In this document: in pieces, positions 12,059 through 24,659 of the stretch
Position numbering within the stretch: position 1 is the first letter of the stretch
How the letters are laid out: every line of letters begins with the position of its first letter
Assembly (NCBI GenBank): GCA_035084275.1
Contig: CM068752.1
Span: 2,046,001-2,110,000, forward strand
Reading direction: 5' to 3'
DNA length: 64,000 bases
DNA from: Hydrolagus colliei
Taxonomy: Eukaryota
The notes under the pieces: model-generated
What the model was told of the DNA's origin: nothing
The model's database searches: none
What the model saw: only the letters and a program-made list of their open reading frames with translations
Translations under genes and position numbers: made by a program

Positions 12059-12424
12059 TGGAGCTCCTGTAGCTCAGTGGTTAGAGCACTCGCCTTACAA
12101 ACGTGAGACCTGTGTTCGAATCCAGGCAGGTCAGGGTGAAACCTTGGGCAAGTTTCCTTACTCCACACACACGCCTAATAATAATCACTCCAAAAAAAAA
12201 CACAATAATAAAATTGGTCATTTCAATCCACGACTGTTTGTGGGGACATTGATGAGCGCAATTAGCTGCTGCGTTTCGCCCACAAGTATACAAGCAATTC
12301 ACTTTACAATATATTCTGTGAAGCGCTTCACAGAATATACTGTAAAGTATATTCTGTGAAGCGCTTTGCACATCTAGAAGATGTGCAAAGCTCTATATCA
12401 AATGCAAGGATTATTATTATTAGT
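12059..12424 (+). mobile_element. Full-length SINE with internal fold-back duplication
   Basis: Complete head and tail; 48-bp palindrome at 12301-12348. Confidence 0.95.
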
Positions 12425-13761
12425 AAGCTACTTGAGACATTCTCCCAACAATCTATGTCAACATTGTTCGTGTTGGGCCTTTCTTTATGTTTTTTTTTGC
12501 TCTTTTGTTTGAGGTTTGCTTCTTGGAAATTTGTAGGGCAGAAACTTTTGGAAATGGGTCTAAGTCCTTAAAGATAGGACGCGGTTGTGAAGCGTACAAC
12601 TATTTGATTCTACTTTGCTCGATTGCCTGAGTCCTGGAGGGAGAAACGCAAACAGTGAGTGTCTAATTTCTACCTGAATTACTATAGAGGAACTTTTGAG
12701 TTGTTTCAACGCAATCTTCCAGGTACAACATTTGGGGAAAATATGGTGACAAGTTATTCTTGGTTCTTTGGGAACAAGGTGCTCAGACATTTTGCCAGCC
12801 AATGATTTGCCAATGGGGTGATATAGCTAGTCACCTGGATATATATACAGGAGAAGCCGAGGGATAATAATGTCTCTCAACAATTCCACTTTCTGTGTCA
12901 TACTCTGTGCCTTCAATTTACAGCACCTAGCAGCTCGCAGTCAGGATTTAGCATCTTGAAGCTTGGGGAATTGCTTCTGACGAGAGAGACTCGCAACACA
13001 CTTTGCAGCTGATGATTAAAAATGTGATTTGTTTTACTGCCTCAGCCAGAGAAAAGTATGTAAACACTATAAGAATAATGATGTGGGCACACCCACCAGT
13101 GTTGGTATTGTCAATAGCGTTGAGGGGAATTTCCAGAACTCCTGCCATGGTGGGAGTACATTTTGCAGATTGTAAGGTACAGTCTAGTTCCCGTTTAGAA
13201 GTCATCGAGATCCTGTTGAGATCTGCGTTGGAAAGGGCTTAATATAAGTGATAAATATTTGGGAAATATTTTTAAAACTACAGTAATATACAATAGTCTT
13301 GTTGTCAAATGTGTGATTTTAACGGGGGGGTTTTAAAGCAGCCTTTGACGCATTACAAACACTTCAAATTAACAATGAAGCGTATTTTCTCCATCACCGG
13401 ACGCACAGGCGTAAACTCTGGTGGAGCGGAGAGGATTCAATAAATGTGGCGCTTTATTTTTGGTGCGGGAGAGTTCTATGGAGTTTTGATACAATAAAGC
13501 CTCATTTGCATATAGAGAGGATCTGCAATGTGGTTTTCCTGCTTAAGGGCTTAATCTTTCATGAGTGATCATTGAGGTACAAGATCCCACTCGCTTCAAA
13601 ATTCATCAAATAAACATTTCGAACAATCGACCAAGCCTCCTTATGTCCTTTAAGAAGAATGTCTGTTATACTTTATTGTGACAAGGCAGTTCACAAAGAA
13701 ACAATATACGAGTGGTTCGGATGAAGCGTCAATCCATTCCATGTCACGAGCACCACAATAC

Positions 13762-14090
13762 GTGGAGCTCCTGTAGCTCAGTGGTTAGAGCAATCGCCAT
13801 GACGAGCATGGGACCTGTGTTTCGAATCGAGGCTGGTCAGGGCGAAACCTTCCTTACTCCACACCCACGCCTAATAATAATCCCTCCAAAAAAAAACACA
13901 ATAATAAAATTGGTCATTTCAATCAATGACTGTTTGTGGGGACACTGCTGTGTGCAATTGGCTGCGTGTTTTGCCCACGAATATAGTCAATTCACTTTAC
14001 AGTGTATTCTGTGAAGCGCTTTGAGATGTCTGGAAAACGTGAAAAGCGCTGTATCAAATGCAAGGATTCTTGTTTTTATTATTATTACTA
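13762..14090 (+). mobile_element. Full-length SINE
   Basis: GGAGCTCCTGTAGCTCAGTGG...AAATGCAAGGATT. Confidence 0.93.
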
Positions 14091-14664
14091 CTGACCCTAC
14101 TTTCTTGCTGTGACTGCCAGCTAACGAACTGTTTCCATTAGTGTTTCATCGTGGCTGAGTTCCTTTTTTAGTTTGCAGCTCAGTTGTCCTTATTTAAGGA
14201 ATCCTGTTGGAAAACAATGTTATTGAGGCTTTACTTTCCGCCAACGCACAATCTCTTTGGATCCCTTTTCCCCCCACGAAAATGTACGAAATGCTTGACG
14301 TAGCTTCGAACTTGAAATAGCTCCGAGCGCTGATTGTAGTTGCCCAAGTTTACTCGGTTCAAAAAGCCAGTGCCTCGGGACATCTTCCCAGTGTGAAAGG
14401 TGCTATATAAATGTAAATTTGCATTGTTTTGTATTGCGCAGAAGTGTGAAATTTCAATTGGTTGGCTTACATTCAAAGGAGTCATCTCACGCCTTCTCTC
14501 CAGCTCCCTCCAGCTGACTCGAGTGATCAAATTATAAACCGAGTACGGATGCCATTTCAGTGTGAACAGTCTTTTGGATACAGGCAGTCAAGTGACTAAT
14601 TGCTGGACTGTTGTCTTAACGTCACCTTCTTTTCCTAACAAGATTGATTCATGGTTTTATTTTG

Positions 14665-14792
14665 CCGCAAAAATCTACGGTTGAGTTCACTTGAAAATGC
14701 ACGTTGTGAAGCACTTTGAGACGTCTCGCCTTATAGTGTTAAGGCGCTATATCAAAATCAAGGACTATTATTATGAAATTAGTATTATTATT
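14665..14792 (+). mobile_element. SINE 3' tail fragment
   Basis: GTGAAGCACTTTGAGACGTCTC...GGCGCTATATCAAA. Confidence 0.7.
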
Positions 14793-15359
14793 GTGTATGG
14801 AATAGTTGATGGTGGATAAATTGCTCTTTGAAAGAACCAATTTTTAATCTGAATTACGTCAACCTTTAAATCTCTGCACGTCGCTAAACAAACAGCAAAA
14901 TTCTATTTGTGTAATAGCCTTTCATGTCGGGAGGACGTCCCAAGGATAAGACAAAATGCTGATGAGGGGGACGTTTTTTCCGCACCTCATGCTATACTTG
15001 GAGTTGTGATGGGGAGCTGAATGTTGTTCTATTCCCAAGGCTGACATCTCCCACTGTGGTGACCACGCACATCATTAATATACGTTAAATTTTAGTGGTG
15101 TTAGTATTGTACACCAACCTTCTCACTGTTGGACAGGATAATATGGTGCCGTGACATCGGTAACATTCGAGTGCCAGTCACTGTGATAGATTGAAGCTGG
15201 CACCGAGTCATTTTTGTTAATTGTCTTTGTTACGGTGATGACTCCATTTCTGTGGGTTTGTTTTCTGCCAAGTGCTGTTAACCTAGTGTGATATTCCATT
15301 ATCCTGTCACATCCCTGTCTCCAAATATCAATCTGTATCAATACACAGAGTCCATACTA

Positions 15360-15760
15360 AATGATAATCCATGCATTTTATATGGCGCTGTGTCAGGATA
15401 AAGTGAATTGACTAGATTTTGTGGGTGAAATATGGGGAAGGAGAGGGCAAAGCAGATTGAGGGAGAGAGTTCCAAAGTTTTGGGACAAGCAGGAGGAAAT
15501 CTAATACATATGAGGATGAAACGCGGTAGCCAATTTTCGTGGATTGAAGTGACCGTTTTTTTTTCTTATGGGAATATTATCAGGCGTGTGTGTGTGTGGA
15601 GTAAGGAAACTTGCCCCGAGGTTTCGCCTTGGGACGTCCTCCCGACGTGAAAGGCGCTCTATAAGTGTCATTTGTTGTTGTTGTTGTTTCGCCCTGACCC
15701 GCCTGGAATTGAACCCAGGTCTCTCGCTTGCAAGGCGAGCGCTCTAACCACTGAGCTCCA
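15360..15760 (-). mobile_element. SINE carrying two L2-derived insertions
   Basis: Reverse SINE tail, body and head interrupted at ~15432-15515 (L2 piece) and 15629-15685 (L2 tail). Confidence 0.85.
15629..15685 (+). mobile_element. Ultra-short L2 3' tail insertion with 8-bp target-site duplication
   Basis: TTGGGACGTCCTCCCGACGTGAAAGGCGC...(GTT)n flanked by GTTTCGCC at 15621-15628 and 15686-15693. Confidence 0.85.
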
Positions 15761-16614
15761 CAACCACACCAGCAACTGCTACTTGTGGCTTCCGCAGCTT
15801 TTCTTTCCATCCATTCATCGATCGACAACTCGACAGCTAAAGAAATATCGCCGCTGAACTGTTTTCGCCATTAGTTTGAGACACTAGCTGCCTTTTGAAC
15901 ATCACCGCCATCTTCCACAAACCTGTCTAGTCATTGTGTCACTTCTATTTAGATCTAAAGGAGCATAATTAGGCTCCAAGTGTTCAGCGATCACAGCGCG
16001 TTTCCAACTGTTTTCATCACCTGCCAGGCTCTCCGTCACTTGAGTACGATGGGTGGCAGAAATACCGAATGTCCGAATTCAGATCAGAACAGATTACCGT
16101 ATATAGATTGTGATCAACCGAAATGCTGGGACCACATAAACGTCGGGCAAATTAAGACAACCGACAACGTTTAAGGATTGAATAGTCCTTAGTCCTATAC
16201 ACGATATAGTCGGGGCGATAATTGCAACAAGCGGCGCGCGAATCAATTCGATTTCTTTTTATCCTGGTTGGTATTCCGGAATTTTTGTAAGTTAATGAGT
16301 TGCTGTGGATGTGTGGGAACTGCATCGTTTTGCAGCCTTTGGGGAAAGAGGAGAAGAATTAGATGATAGTAAATGGCTCCAGTGCAGGGGCTGGCACTCA
16401 CTTCATTCCTTCTCTGTTGTAAAACAAAATTCGATTTTACGTGGTTGGAAACCGACTGCCTTTAATGTTTTAGGATCATTAAACGCATCCCAACAGCACG
16501 AGTGCATTGGTTTCAATTCTGATCAGATCCAAACACTCGTCGTGGAAAGTTAGATAGTCGACAAGCGGAGACGAGCGCGTGAGTTTTGTCGACCGGTTAT
16601 TTTATAATAATTAT

Positions 16615-16752
16615 CATGATAATAATAATCCTCGCGTTTGACATAGCACCTTATCACGGTCTTTGTAGACGACTCAAAGTGCTTGACAGGATATACTGTA
16701 AATATACTGTAGCACTGTGCGTCTTGCGGGCGAATAACTGACTGTGTATTTT
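16615..16752 (-). mobile_element. SINE 3' tail fragment
   Basis: AATAATCCTCGCGTTTGACATAGCACC...CAAAGTGCTT. Confidence 0.7.
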
Positions 16753-18300
16753 CGGTCTGATGGACTTAGTTGTTGGGTAAAGAAATTCTGTCGGGGAGCC
16801 ACGCATGCCACTGGACCCACACGAGCCTGACGGAAAACAGCAGCGATCGCATTCAGAAACACAGCACCTGTGTATTCATTCTAATGAGATCTGGTGAGGC
16901 AATGACATCATGGCATTGATTTAGTTGTATGAATACACGCGGTTGTGGTTCATTATGTTTCAATGATTAAACAGACTACTCTCGTTTGCTTTTCCTATTG
17001 ATTCTTGGTTGGAAATGCATTAATTACCTGCAATCATATTAGGCGCAAAGTTTGTTAACTTTGCTGAAATATGCATTGTGAATTGAATTCCTATTTGCCA
17101 GCGTTCATTATTAATTCCCCCACACTCGCACCGGCCTCGGCAGGCATCAGAAAATGTGATCTGTCGATTCTGTGAAAAGTAATTATCTCTCACAACACCA
17201 ACAGCTTTTGCACATTCCATGAATTCAAATTCACTGTGAAATTTTGCTGCATTTTATTAGATTTTCACGTTTGACTAGAATTAACATTCAGCATTCGGCA
17301 CTCAATCTGCGTACCCACTGCAATCATGATTAATGGCTGCAGCGTTTGGAATAAAATACAACAATCTGGAACACGAGGGCTATTTAGTTAAGCTGTGCTT
17401 TTTTGGGGGGGGGGATAAGTAAAGTTGTTATTCTCAATGTTACGGCGAACCGAAGAATTCGATGAGTTGTGCGACAGTCCTGGAGAGCTGCCGATCACTT
17501 TGTATTTTCTGTCGTGTTTGCTGCAAGACTAATGCCCGAATCGTGAAAAATGAAAGACCAATTTCCTCTGATTACCGCAGTCAAAAAAAACATCTGGTAT
17601 TTCAATCACATGGCTTGGTGTATAGGTGGCAGAGTAAGCTAAGGCACAGATCTTCCTCGACCACCATCTCCGAAGCCTCCGTTTAAATTCAGCCCTCGAA
17701 GAAGTGATAATGATTTTCTGTCACTAACGCTTGTTTTTGGTCACAATTAAATAAATTCTGGCAGCAACAATCCCTTGGATATAGTTCAACAGTCTGAGAG
17801 GGACGTGTTTGACACTTACTTCAACCAACTGTGGCATGTTTAACACTTGAGTGAGCTTCAATAAAGCTTCAATAAGAGTCGGAGGAATATATTTCACTTG
17901 AATTCTCAACCTGTTTACATAGCAAATGGAAAAGTTTTTTTTATTGGTTCACTATAACACAATAACATATCTTGTTTGCTGTCTGACACATACTTTGCCG
18001 CCGCTGCTGCTGTTCTGTGTTTAATGTTCCCCACGGCCTTGAAGTGAATTTAAGTCAATTTGAAGCAAACTGGTCATGTAAAGTAGTGCACTTTTAAAGG
18101 GACATTTTTCTTTTAGTGTTTTCCCCAGTTACTCCATTTCCTCCACCATCTACCATGGTCACTGACAACAATGCTCCACATTTTGAACCCTTATATCTAT
18201 TGTAATATAAATCATGTTCAAATAATTTTTTTAATAAAAAAAACTTTGCTTTTGAAGTAGCACCTTGTGTCCAATCCTCTCAAAGTGCTTTGCAGTGATA

Positions 18301-18628
18301 GTGGAGTCCTATAGCCCAGTGGTTAGAGCACTAGCCTCACAAGAGAGAGACCTGGGTTTGCTTCCTGGCCAGGGTGAAACAATGGGCAAGTTTCCTTACT
18401 ACACACGCTTGATAATAATCCCTTTTAAAAAAAAAAAGAAAAAATTGATCATTTAAATCCACGACTGTTTGTGGGGGACGCTGCTGTGCGCAATTGGCTG
18501 TCGCGTTTTGCCCACAAATATACAGTCAATTCACTTTACAGTATTTTCTGTGAAGCACTTTCAGACGTCTAGAAGATGTGAAAAGCGCTATAATCAAATA
18601 AAAATATAAAATGCAAGGATTATTATTG
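18301..18628 (+). mobile_element. Full-length SINE
   Basis: GGAGTCCTATAGCCCAGTGGTTAGAGC head through tail. Confidence 0.92.
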
Positions 18629-18658
18629 TATATTTCTGAGTAAACTATATCCAAGTAA

Positions 18659-18659
<1 letters not shown>

Positions 18660-18714
<55 letters not shown>
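18660..18714. repeat. (TA)n microsatellite
   Basis: Perfect TA run of about 27 units. Confidence 0.98.
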
Positions 18715-18717
<3 letters not shown>

Positions 18718-19849
18718 CAGATGCTACACCAAATGTGATGGAAGCAAAAAAAAACCCAACTGTTTCAATGTGTGAATGATTGTAATATTCCTGAATAAAA
18801 ATTGTTAACTCATTTCCAGCTGATTAGAAACACAGCACAATGATGTCAACCGAATCAGGGCCCGTCATTTTGGTCCCCTCCATGTAAACATTGTACATTT
18901 AGTGACAACACATAACACCATCCCTCCGCTTTGCTCCTTGGCTCCCTAACTTCAAAACCAACCCTTCAGGCGTAGCTTTTAACTGAGCTTTTAACTCAGC
19001 TCACCTCCATATCACCTCCCAGTTTAAGCTTTCAGTCAATTGTGCGAATTGCTTTGAGATCTGCTCCCCATGTGAAAGGTGCTCTATACATTGTTGTCGT
19101 TGATCAGATCCCTTGGTTCATCCTGACATCAGTTTTCCCTCGTTCTTCTGCTCTGCACTCTATAGAGAGATCCTGTTAATCCATCTACGGTGTCTTTATT
19201 CTTCAATGTCTCTCTCTCTCTTAAGATGCACTTTAATTACTTTCATTCCTACCATCTGTGGGCGCTTGCTTCATTCTTGCCTCAGGATTTTGATAGTCAA
19301 CGAGAATATTTAATGATCGGTTGTCTGGTGATATTTTCCTAGCTTTGCACTATTAATTAGTCCATAAAGAGAGAAAGGTAAGATGGCACGTAATTCAAAC
19401 TTATGAGCTGGAAGAAGGAAGAACTGAAGAGCATTTCTCTGAGGTCTGGGTTGAGGTGTGTTTGTTGGCTGTGTAATCCATCAATGCAGATGGACTGTCA
19501 AGGCCAACTAATGACTTCCCGATGCTGTGAGCCAGAGAGAAATCATTAGCCAAATTCCATGTCACATATAGCAGGCCAATTAGTACAGTTACTCGTGCCT
19601 TACACAATGGAAAAATCTGCTCTTCCCCATTACTGGTTCCCCCCCCCACACCCACCCCCCACCCCACTTCCCACAAAGAATTGGGAATCCGATCCCAACG
19701 TGAATGTGAGAGAAGTTTTTCTTTATACAATCTATGCAACGTCTCTTCCTACGTTTCCGAGTCGTCTTGTTTTAAATTTCACAATGGTTTTTAACCGTGA
19801 CAAACTCTCTCTCTCTCTCGCTCTCTCTCTCTCAGCTGATATTTGTTTT

Positions 19850-19988
19850 GCAGCCAAGTCTCACCCACAAAGTACATGGTCCGTTCGCTTTACGGTATAT
19901 TCCGTGAAGCTCTTTGAGACGCCTCAAAGGGGTGATGAGCTGCTATTTCTAAATGCGAGGATTATTATTATTACTATTATTATTATCT
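19850..19988 (+). mobile_element. SINE 3' tail fragment
   Basis: CACCCACAAAGTACA...AAATGCGAGGATTATTA. Confidence 0.75.
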
Positions 19989-21102
19989 CAGCCTGGCGAG
20001 CTACACAGAATAGAGGGGAGAATGTTGAAAGTGTAAAGGCCAGACTCTCACACAACACACACAATCCTGATAGTTTCCTTTCGGTGTCTCATTCAACTTT
20101 GTTCAAACTTTTGGCTTATTTTGAGCCAATAATTTAATTGCTTGAAGACGCACTGTTTATTCTCTCTCTCTCTCTCGAGCGCATCCAATGAAAGTATATA
20201 ATGGTTAGTAATACTCTGTAAAGGCCTCATTAACACTCCTATAATCCATGTCTATGTACTCATTAGTAACACAACTCGTTATTGTCAACGCTCTCTTTGT
20301 TTTGTGCCACTTAATATCCCAACATAATCTTACCTCTCATGTTTCCAGGGCCCACCACTTTTTTTCTTCCGATTATTTTAATCGATTCCTCTACGGCTAA
20401 TAAATTATTTCATGTTCGATGTGGCTCCTTCAACAGCTGCGTGTATATATTTTTCTGGGCGTCGGAGTTTGAATATAATCCCCCTGCTTTCCCAAATTAA
20501 TCAAAGGGGATTAAACAGGTTTTAACAGATAATGTTAGAAACCTGTTAAATGTAATGCGGCAATCCTTATAGACCAGTGAAGCATCACTTGCACTCTCTC
20601 GAGATAGCCGAGAAAAGCAATTAATCAGGACGGACAGGAACGCTGATGTTTGCCGCTCTCCGATGGTTTGTTTTGGAGGTTCCTTGTCATGCGTTTTTTT
20701 CCGTCAAGTTTCCGAGATGTTCATTTTCAATTATTCCTGCAAAAGCAATAAAAAATAAAACCAAATACCCTTGTGGTAATGTTAACTCGGTCATTAATCT
20801 TTCAGTTTGGAATGTCACTGGGCGCTAACAGGCACACAGCGAGCTGATAATCGGCATTCACATTGAAACTGATGTCAACACACACACACACACACACACC
20901 TCGTAATGGAAAATAAATATTCTGACAATGTTCACTGTGTATAACTTTTGGGAGAGAGGAGGATCCTCCAGAGTTAGTCATTGCAAAACGGCCGTCTCGT
21001 CTCAGAGTTAAGATTATAATGGCATCTGAACCCCCCCAATGATTAACAGGGTGACCAAAAAGTGTGGGATCTAGCCTAGATCTAAGCTTTTATTCTATTT
21101 TT

Positions 21103-21417
21103 GTGGAGTCCTGTAGCTCAGTGGTTAGAACACTCGCCTTACAAGTGAGAGACCTGGGTTTCAATTCCCGGCAGGGTGAAACCTTGGGCACATTTCCTTA
21201 CTCCACACGTCTTATAATAATCCCTTGGAAATTTTTCTTTCAAAAATTGGTCTTTCAATCCACGACTGTTTGTGGGGACGCTGCTGTGCGCAATTGGCTG
21301 CTGCGCTTCACCCACAAATCTACAGTCAATTCACTTTACAGTATATTCCGTGATGCGCATTGAGACGCCTTGAAGATGTAAAATGTGCTATTTTAAATGC
21401 AAGGATTATTATTATAA
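21103..21417 (+). mobile_element. Full-length SINE
   Basis: Head with near-complete tRNA cloverleaf, body and tail. Confidence 0.93.
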
Positions 21418-21902
21418 TCTTAAAACAAACATCATTTCTTTAAGACTTTCAGACATTGTAATGGTATCACAACCTTTATTTGTCCACCCTGTGCATGTAT
21501 GCAGTGTGTGTGGGTGCGTGTCTCTGCAATTACACAAGGCTGTGTGGTTCTGTGAAATATATTAATTGATTGTGATGTTAATTAGTATTCCTCAAGGAAA
21601 ATCTGTCACCTTAATTTGCTAATACAGGCTATCCAGCACTTGGTACCAATAATATTCAAGTCAATTCACTTTACAGTACTGTATATTCTGTGAAGTGCTT
21701 TTGAGATATTTTGAAGAACACTGTGTAATACAGAACAAAGAGCATTATCAATTTCACAAAAATGTTTAGAATTTACTGCCAAACTCTATTCTCCTTATTA
21801 AGGCAATCGGCAGATTATAGTTGAAGTCACTATTTTATACATAGCGTAGATTAATCGGTCAGTCAGTGTTTGAACAATTTCCCTGCTGGTATAACGGCAT
21901 GC

Positions 21903-22008
21903 TCCCACAAATATACAGTCAATTCACTTTACAGTGTATTCTGTGAATCGCTTTGAGACATCGATAAGATGTGAAAAGCACTATATCAAATGCAAGGATT
22001 ATTATTAT
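21903..22008 (+). mobile_element. SINE 3' tail fragment (another at ~21655-21720)
   Basis: CCCACAAATATACAGTCAATTCACTTTACAG...GCAAGGATTATT. Confidence 0.88.
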
Positions 22009-22110
22009 TCCTTTAGATGTGACGTAGATTTGTGGAAATGAAAATGTCAAAATGTAGGTTGATATCAAACAGGGTGTTTTTTCTTCGGTTAAGTAGAGGT
22101 AATGCTAATA

Positions 22111-22508
22111 CAACAACAAGAACAACGGCTTGCGTTTATATGTAGCGCCCTCCACGCCAGGCGGCATCTCGGAGCACTTCACAATGACGGAGCACGAGGC
22201 CGAGCCAGGGGGAAGGTGACCGTAAGTGCGGTCGAAGAGGAAGGTCTTCGGGCGCGACCTGAAGATGGGATAGGAGTGGGGTGAGGCGAAGGGGTTGAGG
22301 GAGTGAGTTCCGAAGTTTCGGAGCGTGGTGGCTGTGATGGAGCGGAGGATTCAGGGGACCAGGAGGTGGTCAGTGCCAGTGGAGCAGAGGCAGCGGGTAC
22401 TGCTGCGAGGAGAGAAGAGATTAAAGAGGTAGAGGGCTGCCGAGGAATGAAGGGATTTAAACACTTGAAGTCGAACTGCTCTGTGACAGGGAGCCAGTGG
22501 AGACTGAT
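22111..22508 (-). mobile_element. L2 LINE 3' fragment (second tail type)
   Basis: Reverse strand carries the LHWLP...FK region, ORF track AALYLFNLFSPRSSTRCLCSTG, tail hairpin and (GTT)n. Confidence 0.85.
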
Positions 22509-22974
22509 AGTAAAGTACGTCCAGAAGTGTAGGTTTTATTTCATTCCCCTCCACTTCCAAAAGCGATTAGAACATTTTCCCTGAACACCAAGCCGAGAAT
22601 CTTACGGTTTTCCTTCCCCAGGTGATCAATATCTGAAGAGGATCTCTCTAATGTTTCAGCTATCCATCCCAGCTATCCGAGCAGACTCATGGCTTGACTG
22701 ACTGGGCTATTTATTAACTCAAACCCACTTGAAATTGATACATCTCAGGTTGTGAGTCTTATTGTCCACTGTTTTCTCCTGCAAGCCTCAAGATGGGGAA
22801 CCGTTCCACGGACGCTGACAGCCTACTTTGTACTCTGCCCAAGTGCCTGGGCGAGGAGGGTGGAATACTAATGGACAGATTAATCCTGATAATGAAGGGA
22901 TTTGGTGAATAACATTTAAGTCTGATTTGGCACTTCCAGTGCAAAACTAATGTGCTCAACCATGGAAGCGTAAC

Positions 22975-23135
22975 ACTAGAGACACTGGATAGAGATCAGG
23001 AGCTTGAACTCTGTGGATAATGTTTCTCACTTTTACCCAGGGACTCCAAGTTTCATTGTAGTGTTTCTGTTACCACTGGCGTTAGGATCAGCCAATTCAA
23101 CGCAGACCAGGGTTTAAATTTGGGCCTTGTCTGTT
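22975..23135 (-). mobile_element. Possible ancient SINE relic of a different family
   Basis: CACTGGATAGAGATCAGGAG...GATCAGCCAATTCAACGCAGACCAGGGTTTAAA resembles, from memory, an old chondrichthyan SINE; reverse B-box-like end. Confidence 0.3.
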
Positions 23136-23139
23136 TAGT

Positions 23140-23400
23140 ATAATAACAATCCTTGCATTTGATATAGCGCTTTTCACGTCTTCTAGCCGTCTCTAAGCGC
23201 TTCACAGAATATACTGTAAAGTGAATTGACTGTATATTTATGGGCGAAACGTGGCAGCCAATTGCACACAGCAGTGTCCCACAAACAGTTGTGGATTGAA
23301 ATGACCAAATTATTTTTTTGGAGGGATTATTATTAGGTGTGTGGAGTAAGGAAACTTGCCCAAGGTTTCACCCTGCCCGGAACTGAACACAGGTCTCTCG
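23140..23400 (-). mobile_element. SINE lacking A-box
   Basis: Reverse match from tail to CAGGTCTCTCG. Confidence 0.92.
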
Positions 23401-23620
23401 ATTGTTAGTCGATTGGCCGATAGATTTTCCCTTCAAACCGAAAGATAAATGAATAAATATATAATAATAACTTGGTCTCTCAATCCACGACTGTTTTTGG
23501 GACACTGGTGTGCGCAATAGGCTAACGCATTTCGCCTACAAAATATACAGTCAATTCACTTTGGGTCTCTCAACGATGTGATAAGTCACTGTCTCAAGAA
23601 AGATTATTTATTTATTATTT
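23401..23620 (+). mobile_element. SINE, long subfamily, headless
   Basis: TTGTTAGTCGATTGGCCGAT...TCAATCCACGACTG...ATACAGTCAATTCAC. Confidence 0.8.
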
Positions 23621-24490
23621 AGACACCACATGGAACATTCAAACTCTGGGTTATTAATGTAGTTTATTGCTTCATTTATTGGCTATTTCGGTCATCACAA
23701 ATCAGGCCCCTGAACTCTCTGTGCAATTGGCAATTTAGTAATTGGCCAGCGTTGCTTTAAAGAGGTGAAATTATACATCGGATAAATTGTGCTTTACTTT
23801 GAAACGAAATAGATTTGTACTCTATCATTGTATTATTCCTGAATTTGCACAGTTTTGTTGGTAAACAAGGGGACCTATATTATATTTTTATATTGCAATC
23901 AAGTTCATTTAAATTTTGCAACGTGACGCATTCGCCAAATAGATTCTCAGATGACACTTGGATTTAATAATAATAAAAATAACACATTTTTGACTATAAA
24001 TATTTATTGCACCTCAGGGTTGTATATTAAAGAGGACTAAATTGTGGAGTCACCATGGTAATTTCTGACCTGGATCCTCTCCTTACCTATTGTGGAGATC
24101 CAGGCAGGTACAGTATTAAGAATTTATTTGTGAATATTCATGTTAATCTAATTTCACTTCTTTTGAGTGTTATTGAAGCCTAGTCGGTAATTTTTCTGTC
24201 ACCGTTTGTGCGAATGACAGATGCAGATAGTTAACATTCTAATGACCTTCCACGAGTTTACAGCAACAAAAATGGTTTTGGTAGGAAATAATCCATCATA
24301 GATGACAAGTTTATTTAGAGCAGTGGGTTGGCTGGTCTCACAGGCCTATAGAAATGTTTCCCTACTTCATTATTTCACACCAGTGGAATCTCCGCGCGCA
24401 CCAGCAATTGTGGTTTAAAAACTACAACTCAGAATAAAATGTGGTGATGTGTTTTGCCACATGTGGACAGGTAAGATTTAAAACATTTTT

Positions 24491-24533
<43 letters not shown>

Positions 24534-24659
24534 AGACTATTTACACATAATAGCAGAACCATAAGGAAAATGTGAAACTTAAATGAAAATAATAACTATT
24601 TTCGCATTTGATGTCGCGACTTTTGCATCGCGAGCACATCTTAAAGTAATGATATAAAA

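Noticed and set aside
19559-20137. 192-aa ORF
   Set aside because: Spans a C-rich tract, (CT)n and a SINE tail; no protein-like signal.
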